A stretch of 63,938 bases of DNA, filler included, from Choristocarpus tenellus KU-1152 (GCA_964200185.2; 12 parts of 12 records of this genome joined end to end with filler, not necessarily neighbours in it); one strand, 5' to 3'; positions 49,691 to 63,097 are shown, counted from the whole stretch's first letter. Made by a program: numbers and translations. Notes: generated by a model from the letters alone, not told the origin.

Positions 49691-49749
49691 AGATAGAGAA
49701 GTAAGATTCCTCGAAAGCTACTTATCAATCACCCAGAATAGGGTGGAGG

Positions 49750-52700
49750 ATAGCAGTATCAGAGCAGGCGTACATGTTCAACAGGAATATACCACCACAC
49801 AGTCTCCAATTCCCACAATACCCCTCCTACAACAACATTCACGATAGAAGAAAAGGGGAACAGGTAAGGCATTGGGGAGTAATAGGAGCTTCCATTTTCA
49901 TTGGTCCTATGAGATGGGGGGGACCCTGGCGACCCATGGTTGGGCATTGACAAGGACACCATAAAAAGAATGGCAATCCAAAATGCCGAGAAAATCAGGT
50001 CATCATGGTTGAAAAATTATGGTTAAAGTCAAGCACCAGGCACTTCTCTGCCCTAATGAGGGGTATTGTGGTTTTCTAAACGAGAAGCAAGCTACAATTC
50101 AAGGGTTTCTCCAGCAAATAGTTGGAACGACGCTTCAGGTGAGAAGGAGGAGCAGGGACCAGATATCAGGAGAGAGGGGGGAAAGAGAAAGCGATAAAGC
50201 ATCTGCCCAGAAATGAGGTTGCAACCCCATGTACAATCTGGATGGGGCACTATCACAGGGAACATGGTCATCCCTCCACTCAGAATACAGCATCACCCAC
50301 ATTGAGGATCCAGAACCTCGGATCGTCAGGTGTGAGGCTGAAGGAAGGAGTAGAAAAGGGAGGGAAACTAAGAGATTGTGACATGATGGTTTACCGCATT
50401 TCAAAGATTGGTTATAGAAGGGAAGGAAGGGGGAAATAGAGAGAGACATTGGCTGAGTGTTCCATCAGAGGCAGGTCTAGAATTTTTGCAGGAAGACAGC
50501 GGGAAGGTAGAAAAGGTACTGTCATAATTAAGAAAGAATTGGAACGGAGGGTGATGGATATTGAAGGTATCCTAAAACGCTCTGGTTTAGAGAAGAATTT
50601 CCCTCATGTTGAACTGTTGATGAGAGTAGTAACAGAGGGTGTCCTAAAACAATTTGGGTTAGAGAAGAATCTCCTCTGGATTGAACTGTTGATGAGGGTA
50701 GTAACAGAGGGTGTCCTAAAACACTTTGGGTTAGAGAAGAATTTCCTCTGGGTTGAACTGTTGATAAGAGCAGTAACAGAGGGTGTCCCAGTTTGTCAAA
50801 AAAAGGGGTAATACTCGTTTAGAGTATGGAAATCATCAGAGTGCTGGAATTAGGGAAGAAAATCTGCGTGAGAATGTGCTAATAGATTTGAAGGATTGTA
50901 GAGCACTTGTTTTTCTTGTGTGTATTCCGCCCCTAGGAGTGGTTAAATAGCCCCTGAAATTGAGAATTCTAGATGATTTATTTTGTGAGGGTTGGGGAGG
51001 GATTTGGGGTCCGAGTATGAATGCCGGAACTGATTTTGGGTGCGCCCCAACCAATACATTGTAAAGTAGTATTTGAAGATCTAGTCAGGGTTTTTGGCTT
51101 GAGAAAGAAGTCTTGGCCCATTAACAAGGATTGTGTTCGGTGAGATGAACATTAATGAGTTTTGTAGGCAAACTTCACTTGATCCTAAAGGAGCAGCAAG
51201 GTTTGGGTACAGAGTAACGGGGGATATGATAGTGGTAGATTTTCGGACTTCAATTTTGGTGGAATAGTACTCCAAGGTGGGAGGATCCCTAGGCAAGTGC
51301 TTTGGAACACTCACATTCCAACATGTCACCACCTATCACAAATATTTTATCTGAAGCGATAAGGATATCAGAATGTGCAAGTTACCCTCACTCAGGTCGG
51401 GGCAGGAATGTTTTCGAGTTGGATGAGACATTGGCAGTGGAGGTAGTAAAAGGTGGGGAGTGGATGGGCCCTATTTGTTTCAGTATAGTGTTGTAGTGAA
51501 AGTAGAATGGTGTGAGGGTGGGAGAGGAGTGATGGCAGGAACATATTCTTTCTTTTCTGATGATCATTTAAGGCTACTGGGGTCTCGGGGTGTTGAGCAG
51601 ACACCGGTTTTTGTCCTCAGAGACACTTATCAATTGGTAGATGTCACAGACAGTGATAAGTCGGGAGTTTGACAATAAAGCAATTGCGATAGTAGGTTCA
51701 TCACCAAAACAAATTGAAGGACTGAAGGATTTATTGTAGGAGTGGTCAGATACAAGGATCGAGGCAAGGGTCAGAAATGTATTGGTGTTGATTGGTAATT
51801 TAATCAGTTTGTCTTGTGTTGTACCCCCCGGAGAGATTTTTTTTTCTTTTATGGCAGTTGATACAATCGCTAGATTCGCTCGAAAAAGGATTTCGGTTCC
51901 AGAAGGGAATTAGGGTGATTATAATGAAATTGGGAGGGGACGGAAAGATTTCTATAGATAAGGCGTTAGTAGAGGACATGAGATGGTGGTGCTGGGATCG
52001 TGGATTGGGGCTTAGCAAGCTGAGGGGCAAGTGTGACAGGACTGTTTCTAAACTCTGTGACTCATCCCCCAGTGAGGACCTACTTCGCAGGTGCTTCATA
52101 TGATGAAATAGAATGATATCGTAGTGAGACAGGGAAGTGGTGGATTTTTTATTTGGCACAGGGCGTTAAGAAGAAGGTTAACAGGAGCGTTGCGAATAAG
52201 GATCTGGGAATTTTCAGAGGAATTTCTCCGGAACTTCCAGCAATGGTCGTGAATACTCGGGATTTAGCCCTGAGCCAAACCAATTGAGAGGTAGGCAGTT
52301 TTGGACCCTTTTGCATTCTAAGCCCATCTTTCAACCCTGTGCAATACACTATGTTTCATTGCTTTATGTGTACACAAAATTGATACTCCCCCTTTCCACA
52401 CAGAGAGCGACACCACAATTCAGCAAGGCTCTCTCTGCAATTGTACACAATGGTGTATTTTGGCCCTTTCTCGGGATCCTTCAAGTGTAACCTCTTGTAT
52501 ACCTCTTGGCTGGTTTGACTCCATGTTGGGGAATGAAAAGGGCTAAAAGGGAAGGTAATGCAGTGTTTTTTTGGGGGGGGCATGTATGCATTACAATCAT
52601 TTATGAAGTGTAGGGGGGCTAGGGATCAGATAGCAGGGGGTCGTGTAAGGATTTTGGAGTCCTTGAGATAGTGGGAGGTTGGTGTATTGGGATAAACCAT

Positions 52701-52930
52701 GTACAGGGAGGGAGCTGAGAACAGGTTAGCTGATAGAGTGTCAAAGTGGGTAAGAGATAAGAGTCCAGACTAACCTCAAATGTTAGTGCAACACCGTTGC
52801 ATGCCAGGACCAAAACCTGGGGCAGGAAGGGGAGCATACCAGGTGTGGAAAGGAAGGGGCGTTTGGCTTTAGAAAGGACTGACCGAGTTGGAAATGGTGA
52901 AAGAGTTCATGGAGTGGCCAAAAGAATCCG
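49750..52930 (-). mobile_element. Highly degenerate non-LTR retrotransposon (LINE-like ORF2) remnant
   Basis: Strong strand asymmetry, weak RT-like translation fragments, and homology of 52360-52495 to 300-450. I saw no intact YADD motif. Confidence 0.4.
50563..50788. repeat. 72-bp tandem repeat x ~3
   Basis: GAGGGTGTCC recurs at 50635, 50707 and 50779. Confidence 0.92.
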
Positions 52931-54289
52931 GGGGGGGGGNNNNNNNNNNNNNNNNNNNNNNNNNNNNNNNNNNNNNNNNNNNNTTAATTAATTAANNNNN
53001 NNNNNNNNNNNNNNNNNNNNNNNNNNNNNNNNNNNNNNNCCCCTCACAAACCACTCCCCCCCCCCAAGATACCTAGACCCCAAAGGAGTAGACATGCAAT
53101 AAAATAATACAGGAATCGAAAAAATAATGCACATATACAGTATAATGGATAAAAAATCACTTAGAGACTGCAAAGGTCCAGCCTCCATGTGTACGAAATA
53201 ATCGTTTCCAGCGTGCACCAGTACCAATACCAAGATCCAATGCTGGATTGCATTCAGCAAGAGAATAGTTGACGGATTCAAGTGAAGACTTTTTTTTTTA
53301 ATGCTCCATAGTGGGGGTTCTTCAGAGTGAGAGGTTCCTGTCGGGGGGATCACTTCAAGAACCCTGGTGTTAAGGTGGACTCTCTTCGGGGACACCCATT
53401 TTCTTGTGTTATGTTTCTGACCAAGGTTTTCACTATGTTGTTTGTTCCTGTTTTCGTCAGTAACGACGACATGTGTCAACTACTGATAGAGTGTTAGTTG
53501 AGGATGTTTACGTAGTGTATTTTGCGGGTTCAAACCACATCAAGGTCAGGGTCCTTCCGTTGAAATCTGACTCCCGCAATCCAAACAATGATCGTGTGGT
53601 AAGCACAACATAATGTATTTATGCATGCTACATCTGTACCATCCAATCTATCGCTATACTGCAACAACCCCAGACCAAGAACTTGTCGGTAAGGCTTCAA
53701 CATGTCATTACACAGCAAGGTGCCAAGGGTGTTTCAGGGCAAGATTCATAGGAGGAAATGGAGCAAACAAGAGTTGCGAGGTGACAGAACCCAACACGTG
53801 AAAAGCAAGGCACTAGCAGAGCCAGTACAAGTTAGTTGTGGTGCGACAGTGATGGTATTTAGTACGATAAGCAGGAGTTGCCATGTTTAGTGTAGTGCTT
53901 CTGACCATGGGTTACGATAGTCTCTAGAGTAAAGTGGAAAACCTTTTCGTCGTCATTGTCTGCTTGCAAATCTCGAGCACTGACCCTGCTATATCATATT
54001 ATCTTAAGGTGGTTTAACTCGGCACAGAAACACTGGTTAGTGAAATTGACTCCTTTAAGATGATGTCATACCTTCAAATGGGTGATGAGAGAAGCGACTT
54101 CAACTATCTGTTTAATAGGTGGCAATTAGGGATTTCAACCTTTCCACACTTAGACAAACTTGCTCACACGTTTCAGTCTTTCCTGCTTTACAGGGAGCAC
54201 TCGGACCTTGAGCTCTCGTCATCTGGAAATATTGCTACACAGCGAGGAGAAACAGGTTATATCCCTCACAATACAAGTGGATATTTCAA

Positions 54290-55100
54290 GGCCTGTTGTG
54301 GGTTTCAAGCTGGAGACAGACACTGGGCTGGCCGGTGATGATGGCATCAACAAACTTTATGGAATGACCAATGCCTTCACAGGTCCCTTCCTGCTAAAAC
54401 CCCCAAGCCCCTGTGCCACCCACTACATATGTCACCAGCTCATCCAGGAATTACTCTTTTTGTGTACTGAGATGCTCAAAGCTTTCTACTATGGAGGTTT
54501 TGAAGTGAAATTGACAAAAGGTCAGGAGAGATTCCCCTCATAGTGTTTGTGCTTCTGGGGCTCTGCTGCTGCAGCAGCAACAGGGTTGTTCACAGACGAG
54601 TCTTGTGCATGGTAGTCCGCTTGACCCTCTGCAAAGGCCACATCCAGGAGGAAACCTTTTTTCCGGTAGAGAGTAGTGGCTACGTTGGACAGTGCTCCAG
54701 CATGAAATATCGCATCCGTACGGTAATTATGGTCGATAATGAAGGGATTGCCATCCTTCAGGGTAGAAGGGATGCCTATCCGCCTGAATAGACTTCCCAG
54801 CTGCCTGACGATTGGCGTGTGCTATCGCGCTTGTCCGACTCTAGGACATGTGCATGTATCCCTACTATAGGATATAGGATCCACAATGTGTCTTCTGCAT
54901 CCGGCCAACATTCTGCACTTGGACAGGACCACCTCTACCCCCAACGACCAATTCATTGGGACTGCAATTTAGGGTCGACTGGAAACATATTCTTAAAAGC
55001 AACTTCATCTTCTTCTTCCTCTGCTCCTGCGTCACCTGTCCTACATTGGCGTCACCCACCCTCACTTGACGATGCTTCCCCTCTCCTACCTTAGGCAGAG
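54290..55100 (-). mobile_element. CRE-like non-LTR retrotransposon 3' remnant
   Basis: Minus-strand translation KGFLLDVAFAEGQADYHAQDSSVNNPVAAAAAEPQKHKHYEG parallels the remnant at 32330-32460. Confidence 0.7.
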
Positions 55101-56810
55101 GGGCAACATTCACCCCTCTGAGTCATAGTATCCTAGAGGGAGGACTGTTTTGCCCAGTTTGTTCATTGGGGGCTTGATGGGTTGTTGTAGATTATCCCAG
55201 TTTAGTACCCATGGCGAGGGTGATTTTGTTTTGAATTTGGTCTAGGCAGGTTTATAGAAAAGGAAGGGGAAGGTTTGTTTGGATTAAGGAAATTGCCTTT
55301 AAATCTGACACGTTCATTGACATAACATCAAAATAACTACAGGTCACACAGGCCTCGAATGGACGCTTGAATTCCCTCTAAGATACTATTGGTCCACTTC
55401 TTACATCATGCGCAGTAGGGTGAAAAGAAACATGCAAGACAACACGACCGATAATACAGCCAACACAACAGGAGGAGAAGAGTTTATATCATGTACAGTC
55501 AACACCATTCCTACGCAACATATGTTATTGTGCTCTGCCCGAACACATGAACATATGCCTTCAATTAGAACATTGTTTGAAATGCATCCAAAAGTAATAA
55601 GCAGATGGTATGACTTGTATCACTAGACAAACACTACAAGGGCGAACTAGGAACGAGTAAATGATTCAGAAGTCGGACAGCCCCCCCCTACCTCCACTGA
55701 CTCGGTGATTCCAGCTTGAAGTCACTGACACGCTTAGAATTGTATCAATCGTTCTACGACTACAACAGGATTTTTTATATAGTATACGGATTAGCAACGA
55801 GTTGCTTACGATTCTGCGACAACACTCAAGACAGTCTGAAGTATACAAGGGTTAGTAATGCAGGTATCTTGTGTGTCCAAGTGCGTGTGTGTGTGTGTTT
55901 CATTAGGACTCCTAAGGACCCAACGAGTGAAGCTACTACTTGCGCATGGTATTGCATTCTAAATACTTACGTAGTTCATGGCCCTTTGACCCGATATCAC
56001 CGAGAGTGCTTATTTTGTCCTCTTGTTTAACTGCCTTCTTTGTGCTCTTGTGTACCTATCCCATTGTAGGGCAGTTCAAAAAACATATTCTTTGGAGTAT
56101 TACATTGCTGAATGTATTTGTGAATTCCTTTGAGACGAGTAGTCTAGGTTTATAAATGGTGATGAAAGTGTTCCCACTCCTTAGCAGCACTTGCCTAGCT
56201 CCTAGCTGCTGGCGGCACTCTGCACTGCTCTGCTGCTATGCAAAGAATTTGAAAGAAAATAACAAGTGGGGCATGCCGACAAAAACACCAAAGTGGTCCA
56301 GAGCAAAAACTCCATGCTACCAAATACACACAAACTGTATTTTGGGGGGGTGATCAAGATCACCCCAATGTTGTCATTGGTCGCAACTGGAGGGACAATG
56401 GAGGTGCGATTAATATGTCAAACTATATTGATTGAATCGGGGTCCCATTACGCGTTCCATGCCACAGAGAGCATCAGGCAACCACAACGCAAAACTTCTA
56501 TGTGGTAGCTTGGCACCCTGGTAAATGAAAGGGTTTCAACAAATCTTTCCACAACCTGTACAGTATCAGTTCTTAAAAAAGAAGAATATCCCATGTGCTC
56601 TCCGCAAGAGACCTCTACTACACACTACAAACCACATCATTGCCTGAAGTCAGTCCCTTCCTTGCATTGCATGCACCTGATGCTATTTTTCTTAACATCA
56701 CAGAGTATCATTGCCCAGCAAACAATCCCTGCTAGATGCCTTAGGATCCCGGTTTGCACAATGCTATCATACATTAACAATAAAAAGATCGAGCCTCTAC
56801 TCTAAGGAAT

Positions 56811-58019
56811 TCAACGTCTTGAGAGCGCCTCTTTTTCTTTATCACTGCCAGCATTAAAAGTGGTGGTAGGAGTCGAATCAAGCCTTGCGTAATGTGATAA
56901 TGATTCTGAACCCTCACTGACTCTTCTAAGAGGGATGATGTCTGACAGCGTCCCTTCTGTTTGACTCGAAGGAGAAGTCAACTTATCCCATAACTTCTTG
57001 TCCTCAACTCGAAATGGGAGTGGATCTGATGAGCACTTAGAGTGTCTACCATCCTGTTCCAGTAGTGTGACACCACACAAAGCTTCCGATGAACCAGACC
57101 GACGCAATTCCCTGAGGTTTTGGTATCCAGTTGGTGAGGACTCGAACAGTGCTTTACATACGGTATCACCATCGACCGATCCTGCTGCAAACGTTTTGCT
57201 ACTAGAGGCGTCACTGCGATCATGCACCAATGCCGAGGAGCCAAATTGTTGGTCAGCACTTGGATCCTGTGCTATACCTATTGAGCTTGATGCGTTTCCT
57301 GGGCTTGCGTTAATACCATCCTCTATCAGCTGTAGACCAGCAGTTGCACTACTCAGTTGAAGACACAAGGTGGCTGTTTTGCCAGCAACGTGAAGGGGGA
57401 GATGGCGACTATCCCTCTGTTGTCCTTGGCTGCCACCCAATCTGTTGATAATGTGGGTATTTCTGCATCCCATGCGTCTATTCGACCCACGCCGCTCCAG
57501 GCGAAGCGCACGGACCGAAGAACAATGCTGATAAAATGTGTTCGAACGTCTCATAGGCCCTGTGCGCTCGCCCATGATCATATCAATCTCAAACCTTTGC
57601 GCAGTATTGTCACAACTGAAGGCATATCCTCCAAGGGAGGGTGATCTAGCCTCATGTCTTGGGCTTGGCAAGTCGTTTCTCTTTGGATAAGGGCTGAGGT
57701 GAACGGAAGAGTCTGGAACAATGAAGTCTAAGCTCACATCCCCAGAACGTATCGAGGTAGGCTGATGTGTTTTTCCTCTTGAGGGGTCGTCTTCAACGCA
57801 TCTATTGGACGTATTGCACCTCATGAGATTCATGGTTTCTCGAGGGTCGGCAGAGTTGGTGACAAGGATGCTGCACTTCTGGTGGGGCTTGCCTTGTGTT
57901 TTTAAATTGTTCTGTGGAGAACAGGGAGTTCCTTGTCCTAACTTGGACACAAGAAAACCCGCCAAGTTTTGAACGTCACCTGAAGACGAGACCGAAGCCT
58001 GCCGTGCTAGCGTTGGACC
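56811..58019 (-). CDS. Long Ser-rich terminal exon of an unknown protein (402 aa + stop)
   Basis: 1209-nt open frame starting at a polypyrimidine-TAG acceptor (58020-58045) and ending TGA at 56811. Composition suggests disorder and I recognise no domain. Confidence 0.65.
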   Translation of the reverse strand, partial: GPTLARQASVSSSGDVQNLAGFLVSKLGQGTPCSPQNNLKTQGKPHQKCSILVTNSADPRETMNLMRCNTSNRCVEDDPSRGKTHQPTSIRSGDVSLDFIVPDSSVHLSPYPKRNDLPSPRHEARSPSLGGYAFSCDNTAQRFEIDMIMGERTGPMRRSNTFYQHCSSVRALRLERRGSNRRMGCRNTHIINRLGGSQGQQRDSRHLPLHVAGKTATLCLQLSSATAGLQLIEDGINASPGNASSSIGIAQDPSADQQFGSSALVHDRSDASSSKTFAAGSVDGDTVCKALFESSPTGYQNLRELRRSGSSEALCGVTLLEQDGRHSKCSSDPLPFRVEDKKLWDKLTSPSSQTEGTLSDIIPLRRVSEGSESLSHYARLDSTPTTTFNAGSDKEKEALSRR

Positions 58020-58128
58020 CTAGGCACGAGAGGGGATGAAGAGCAAGTATGACTGAATGTTAGCAGAGCTGAAAAGGATCGGTATGTGCATTTGATAGTG
58101 AGGAAGTTAAAATTGGGTCAAAGTATGT

Positions 58129-58160
<32 letters not shown>

Positions 58161-58285
58161 CTCTGTTTTTTCCTAGACGGGGGGGNNNNNNNNNNNNNNN
58201 NNNNNNNNNNNNNNNNNNNNNNNNNNNNNTTAATTAATTAANNNNNNNNNNNNNNNNNNNNNNNNNNNNNNNNNNNNNNNNNNNN

Positions 58286-60600
58286 CATATCACTCATCGG
58301 TGCTTTGCAACACCATGATTCCTCATCGTAGGTAGTCTATGCATTTTGCCTACATGTAGGATGCATTCAATTCAGGTTTCAACAGGTTATGAGCCTCAAC
58401 ACTTGATCGAAACATACAACAACACATTTGCCCGACCTTTTCTTGTACTTTCACCAACTACACACTAGACAAACCCACTGTACCACCATGGAACGCAAGC
58501 TAACACCACCTATTTCCCCTGGCAATGACTCCCCCTGAACCGCGTTCGAACTCTGCTTCGTGAGCATCTGGAGCTTTGTGGACCCTTCGGGCCCAGCGAG
58601 TTTTGATCCAGTGCGCTTCTCGTCTTTTCACCACTGCTACTCCACCTACCATCCCATACGAAGAAGTTGACGACCAGCTGTTACAAAATCTCGTTGCTAC
58701 CTGCCACGGACCTGCACAAGACCTTCACATGGGGCAATAATCCTGACCAGTGTCTCATGCGCGTCCGTAAGACCAAAAGCTGAGTGGGGGACCCCTCAGG
58801 CTTACTCCTACTGATCGAGCTCTCCACTGCAGCTACTGTCACCAACCTGGACACCACCTGCACCATTTTCCAAACTGTCCTCCTGTCCCCATCTCACCAC
58901 CACCCGATGCCCCCACTCCACCACCAATTATGACCAAGCACACACTTACAAAACAAGACACACCCAAAACCGACCTTATCACAATCAAACCACCCTGGCT
59001 GCACAGCTCCTCCTCTGGCTAATCCCCCCGGTCAAACACACCACCCACCACCTCTTGTCACACCCTTTTTACCCCTGCCCACCTCATCAGTGCCCCCAGC
59101 ATTGGGAACCTCCATCTCCCCACAAATTGGAAAGCCACCTTCACTGGACTGTTGCAGCAACGCTCATCATCACCTGTCTCATTGTCCTTCATTGTCCTGC
59201 TGGTACCTGGTTCGAGCTGTCATTTGTGTATTTCACCTGTGCTATGGCGACTACTGGCTGGGCTACAGTGACTACCCACACCCAAATACACTGAATTAAA
59301 ACGGCCAGACACGGATTTCGGAGCCTGGACGCCTTGTACTTCTCCACTCACCTCTCCCATTGACCCTACGCCCCCACCAATCACACCTATCCCTACACCA
59401 TCCACCAAACTGTCATTATCCTCCATATCATTTACCACCTCACTCACCGCTCCCTAGCACCTCCAACAAACTCCACACTCAGGCACCCCTTTCACCCTGC
59501 CCACACCGCGTCACAGACCCAACCCTAACCAGCTTACTTTCCGGGAGCTGCGCCCATGTCCACACCACGTTACCACAACATCGACCACGTGTTCACAAGC
59601 CACCACATACACCGTCACTTGCTCAAGACCACCCCCATCCCCACACCATATCACTTACCCAAGAAACACCTTTATACCAACCACATCTCTTGCTCAAGAT
59701 TCCGACTACTCACTGCCCACACCACTGAACCTGGTCAAGACCTATTCCACAGAATGCCCAAGAAACACCTTCATACCGACCAAATCTCCTGCTCAAGATT
59801 CCGACCACCCACCACAAATCCTGTTCAAGACCACCATAACCAATGTCAAATCCTGCTTAAGACCACCCTCACCACATCGCAGCACCTGCCCAGGACCCCC
59901 CCCAATCCAACTTTCCCATGGCCACCTTCATGTCCAAATGGCTCCTAACCCACCACTTTCCCCACAACCTCCCCTGTACCAGGAATCACGCCCATCCATC
60001 ACCCTATCTCCCACTCTTGCCACACAGCAGCGTTGCTAATCTGTACGAACACACCATCAGGGAAGCTGTGTTTTATTCATTCTTGTATGCACACCGCCAG
60101 GGACATAGCTACCTACAACATCAACACCAAGTATGTTCGTGTATGAAGACGCCATGGACATCAATCACCACTTGCAACCGAAGAGCAGCACTTCGTAGGA
60201 CAAGACACCATGGACATCACTACGTAAAATCGCAGAGCCCTACTTACTTAGTTCGTGCCGCCTGACGCCATGGACAGCACTACTTACAACCACAGGGCAG
60301 CACTTCGTAGGCCAAGACATCATGGACATCACTCAAAAACAACCCCAACACTACTTCGTTCGTGTATACAGACAACATGGACACCGCAATCTACAACCTC
60401 ACCGCCTGTTCCGTTCGTGTACCAAGATGACATGGACATCATGGCCCACACCTTGACTCCACCCCAGAACTTCACATCGTTCGTGTATGCAGAACGTCAT
60501 GGACATCGCTCACAACACCTTCAGCGCTTACTTCGTTCCTGTACACAGATAGAATGGACGTCGCTGGCAGTAACCTTCACCCACAACACCAACTAGCTGA
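58286..60600 (+). mobile_element. Degenerate Copia-derived element (LTR end, PBS, gag/protease remnants, internal repeat arrays)
   Basis: TTTCAACA|GGTTATGAGCC at 58377-58395 is the same LTR-end/PBS as at 6740. Gag-like start MERKLTPPISPG and TWGNNPDQCLMRV, followed by Cys/His-rich remnants. Confidence 0.55.
60075..60562 (+). repeat. Array of 9 conserved ~30-bp cores (CTTCGTTCGTGTAT.CAGAC..CATGGACATC) with variable 23-34 bp spacers
   Basis: The ATGGAC anchor occurs at 60099 (AGG variant), 60154, 60210, 60270, 60322, 60377, 60432, 60499 and 60554. Confidence 0.85.
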
Positions 60601-61205
60601 CGACTACAAGACCAACAACATTTCCGAGATCTTCGATTTCTACTTATTCCCCCAATTTAGGAATTCGACTCTTAGCACGGTGTTACATTTGTAGTCTTTT
60701 CAAATCGTTATATGATGTCTTCACTAGACACATCTGGATATGCTTTATGCTATTTTCTCTTCCCTGGAAGTATTGGATTTTATCTGAATCCAACTTCCCA
60801 ATTCTCTTAGTATTCTGTAGTTCCCCCTATTTTGAATTACATTCTCTTTTCTTTTATATTATTATGCCCTCTGACATTTTGCAGATGTGTCAGGGGAAAA
60901 CCAATGAAAACTATATACATATGTGTGGAAAGCATGTTTGTCTATTATTATACCGCATTGCTCGTATGCCATATACCGTTATACCGTGGTACCGNNNNNN
61001 NNNNNNNNNNNNNNNNNNNNNNNNNNNNNNNNNNNNNNTTAATTAATTAANNNNNNNNNNNNNNNNNNNNNNNNNNNNNNNNNNNNNNNNNNNNCTCCCA
61101 ACCTCCCTCCCCCCGCAAGCAGCACTTCACCGTAACAGCATAACTTCTTGCCACCCCCCCCCCCCCCCCTTCCTCTCCCCTTCGTTCCCTCAGACCCACT
61201 GATAC

Positions 61206-62437
61206 CTTGATCCAGACAAATCCGAACAGAAGCATCTGTACTCTGAGGCACCAGCATATCGGGTACTTGAACGCCTGGCGCCAATGTGAGAATGGCTTCA
61301 CTATATCCTCCTCTAATCATCAATCAAAACGAAAAGCACACACCCACACACACATGAAGACAAAATAGTGCAAGAATGAGACAACCCCCACCGACAACAT
61401 CACCAGGTCCAGTCCATCATTGTGACAAACACAGCACGCAAAAAACAAAAAAAGTGGGATTTTTTGTGTTAGGTTAATAAAAGGCTACAAGTTTTGTGTG
61501 TATTGGTGGCACCATGTTTTTGCTGTGTGCGGGGCCAATAAAATATGTAACATACAGAAAAGTCGTAAAGAATCTAGATGTTCGCAACTATTTGCCAGCG
61601 AGGCTCAAGCCCTCTGGGATTTTCCTACAGAGATGGTAGAAGACGACATCAGTAGAGAAATGTTGCACTGCTTAAAAGTATGGAAATACTTTCTTCCCAG
61701 CAAGAATTCAGTACAGTTCAGTTATCAATCATCATGTCAGTACATAAGCTAATGAAGTTCGTGCACTCTCATTCCTCCTTTAAAGCTCTCTCTGAACAAC
61801 AAAATTTCTCATTCTTCCACTTCCCTCTACCGCCCCCTTAGGCAGATCTTGCTTGCTCTTTGCCGAACTTTCGAAGCGTGTCTCATCACCTGGGAGTCCT
61901 ACAAGCACCAGCGAAGAGAGCAACCACATCACGAAGATATTTAGAGCTGTGAGGATGACTCTGATAGGCAACAGCAGCAACCCCACCACCACCATTTTCA
62001 CATACTGGTACCATGGAAGGAACATTGTCTGGTTGATGAATGGATTCACCTGACCAATGAGGCAGGAGCAATACGACAAAGGGGATCAGGATCGCACAAA
62101 CAACAGGATAGTGAAGGGGCATAAGAAAGATTGAAGGGGTTTGAGGACGTGAGGCTGACTCCTATTAGCCCTTTCGTTGATTCGCGAGGGTAGTCTTGTG
62201 GTATGCAATGTCATACCGAGGAAACTGTTGGAATCAGTTGGGACCAATTACTCGAGGTGGGAAGTAAAGCCAATGGAACGCATCAACAAGAAATACCTCA
62301 GATCGCTGGAAGCGCGGCATGAATGATGGAGTTTTTACTAAGCCGACCTCTCTCCTCTCGCCAAGTACCCTTGAACTGCCTTCATCCATCCAACATTTGC
62401 CCTCCACACGGGGATCATCTACGGAAGGCATTGGCAT
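61206..62437 (-). CDS. Lysophospholipid acyltransferase (LPCAT/LPEAT-like), 5' exons (partial)
   Basis: Exons 62437-62297, 62049-61890 and 61312-61206 join in frame: VNPFINQT..PWYQYVKMVVVGLLLLPIRVIL...GLP-EEDIVKPFSHWRQAFKYPICWCLRVQMLLFGFVWIK. This is typical of the N-terminus preceding the HxxxxD domain. The start codon is uncertain. Confidence 0.75.
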
Positions 62438-63097
62438 GGGCGAGTGTATTGTTGAGCCCAAGGAAGCGTGACTCGTTGAAGATCTCCAGCCAGGATTAAC
62501 AAAGGTAATATCAGAAATATGATATTTCCAAACAAAGCCTGTTTCTATTTCATATCGCGCACTCTACAAGACAGTCAAGTACCATGATCGCGGTCCTTTA
62601 TCTATCACCTTCGTCCTTCAGAGGCAAGTGAGGGGCAGGATTGACCTGTGTTGGTCGGAGCGCCTGCTTCAGCATGGTGATTCTATCAATGATCTCCATG
62701 CATCTCCCAGGGACGGGGACGGGCATCTATTCATCCGCTTCTAGCACAAATAGTGTTTAGGTGGATTGGAAGATAGACAGGTGAAACGAGGTAGATTGTG
62801 CACGATATATATATATATACCACATTTTACACTCACATGAATACATCTTGTAAAATGTTTCAAATTCTTGTTGGGACAACAAAATATAGTTTCCCGGTAT
62901 ATTGGGTATTTACTTAAATAATGTACTTTCCAAAAATGTTTTAGGAATAAGGAGTTCGAATCCGACTGAGGTCAGATGTTTTTGTAGTCAATACAACGGT
63001 CATTGTTTTGTTTTGTTCACAAATTCTGGATTATTATTTTATTCTATGTTTGTATTCCCCCCTATTCCCTTTCCCCCCCATATTCTACCACCCCTTG

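Noticed and set aside
50449-50811. 120-aa ORF with three 24-aa repeats
   Set aside because: By-product of a 72-bp tandem duplication on the strand opposite a decayed LINE-like sequence.
60075-60562. Bona fide CRISPR array
   Set aside because: The repeats are too degenerate, the spacers are partly related to each other, no cas genes are present and the context is a eukaryotic retroelement. Kept only as an unexplained array.
60130-60570. KNL1/Spc105 MELT-like repeats (DxMDIT)
   Set aside because: The units fall in different frames (modal period 55 nt), include a stop, and follow a Copia PBS.
62950-62975. tRNA/SINE B-box (GGAGTTCGAATCC), with similar motifs at 35884 and 58545
   Set aside because: I could not build a cloverleaf or find an A-box.
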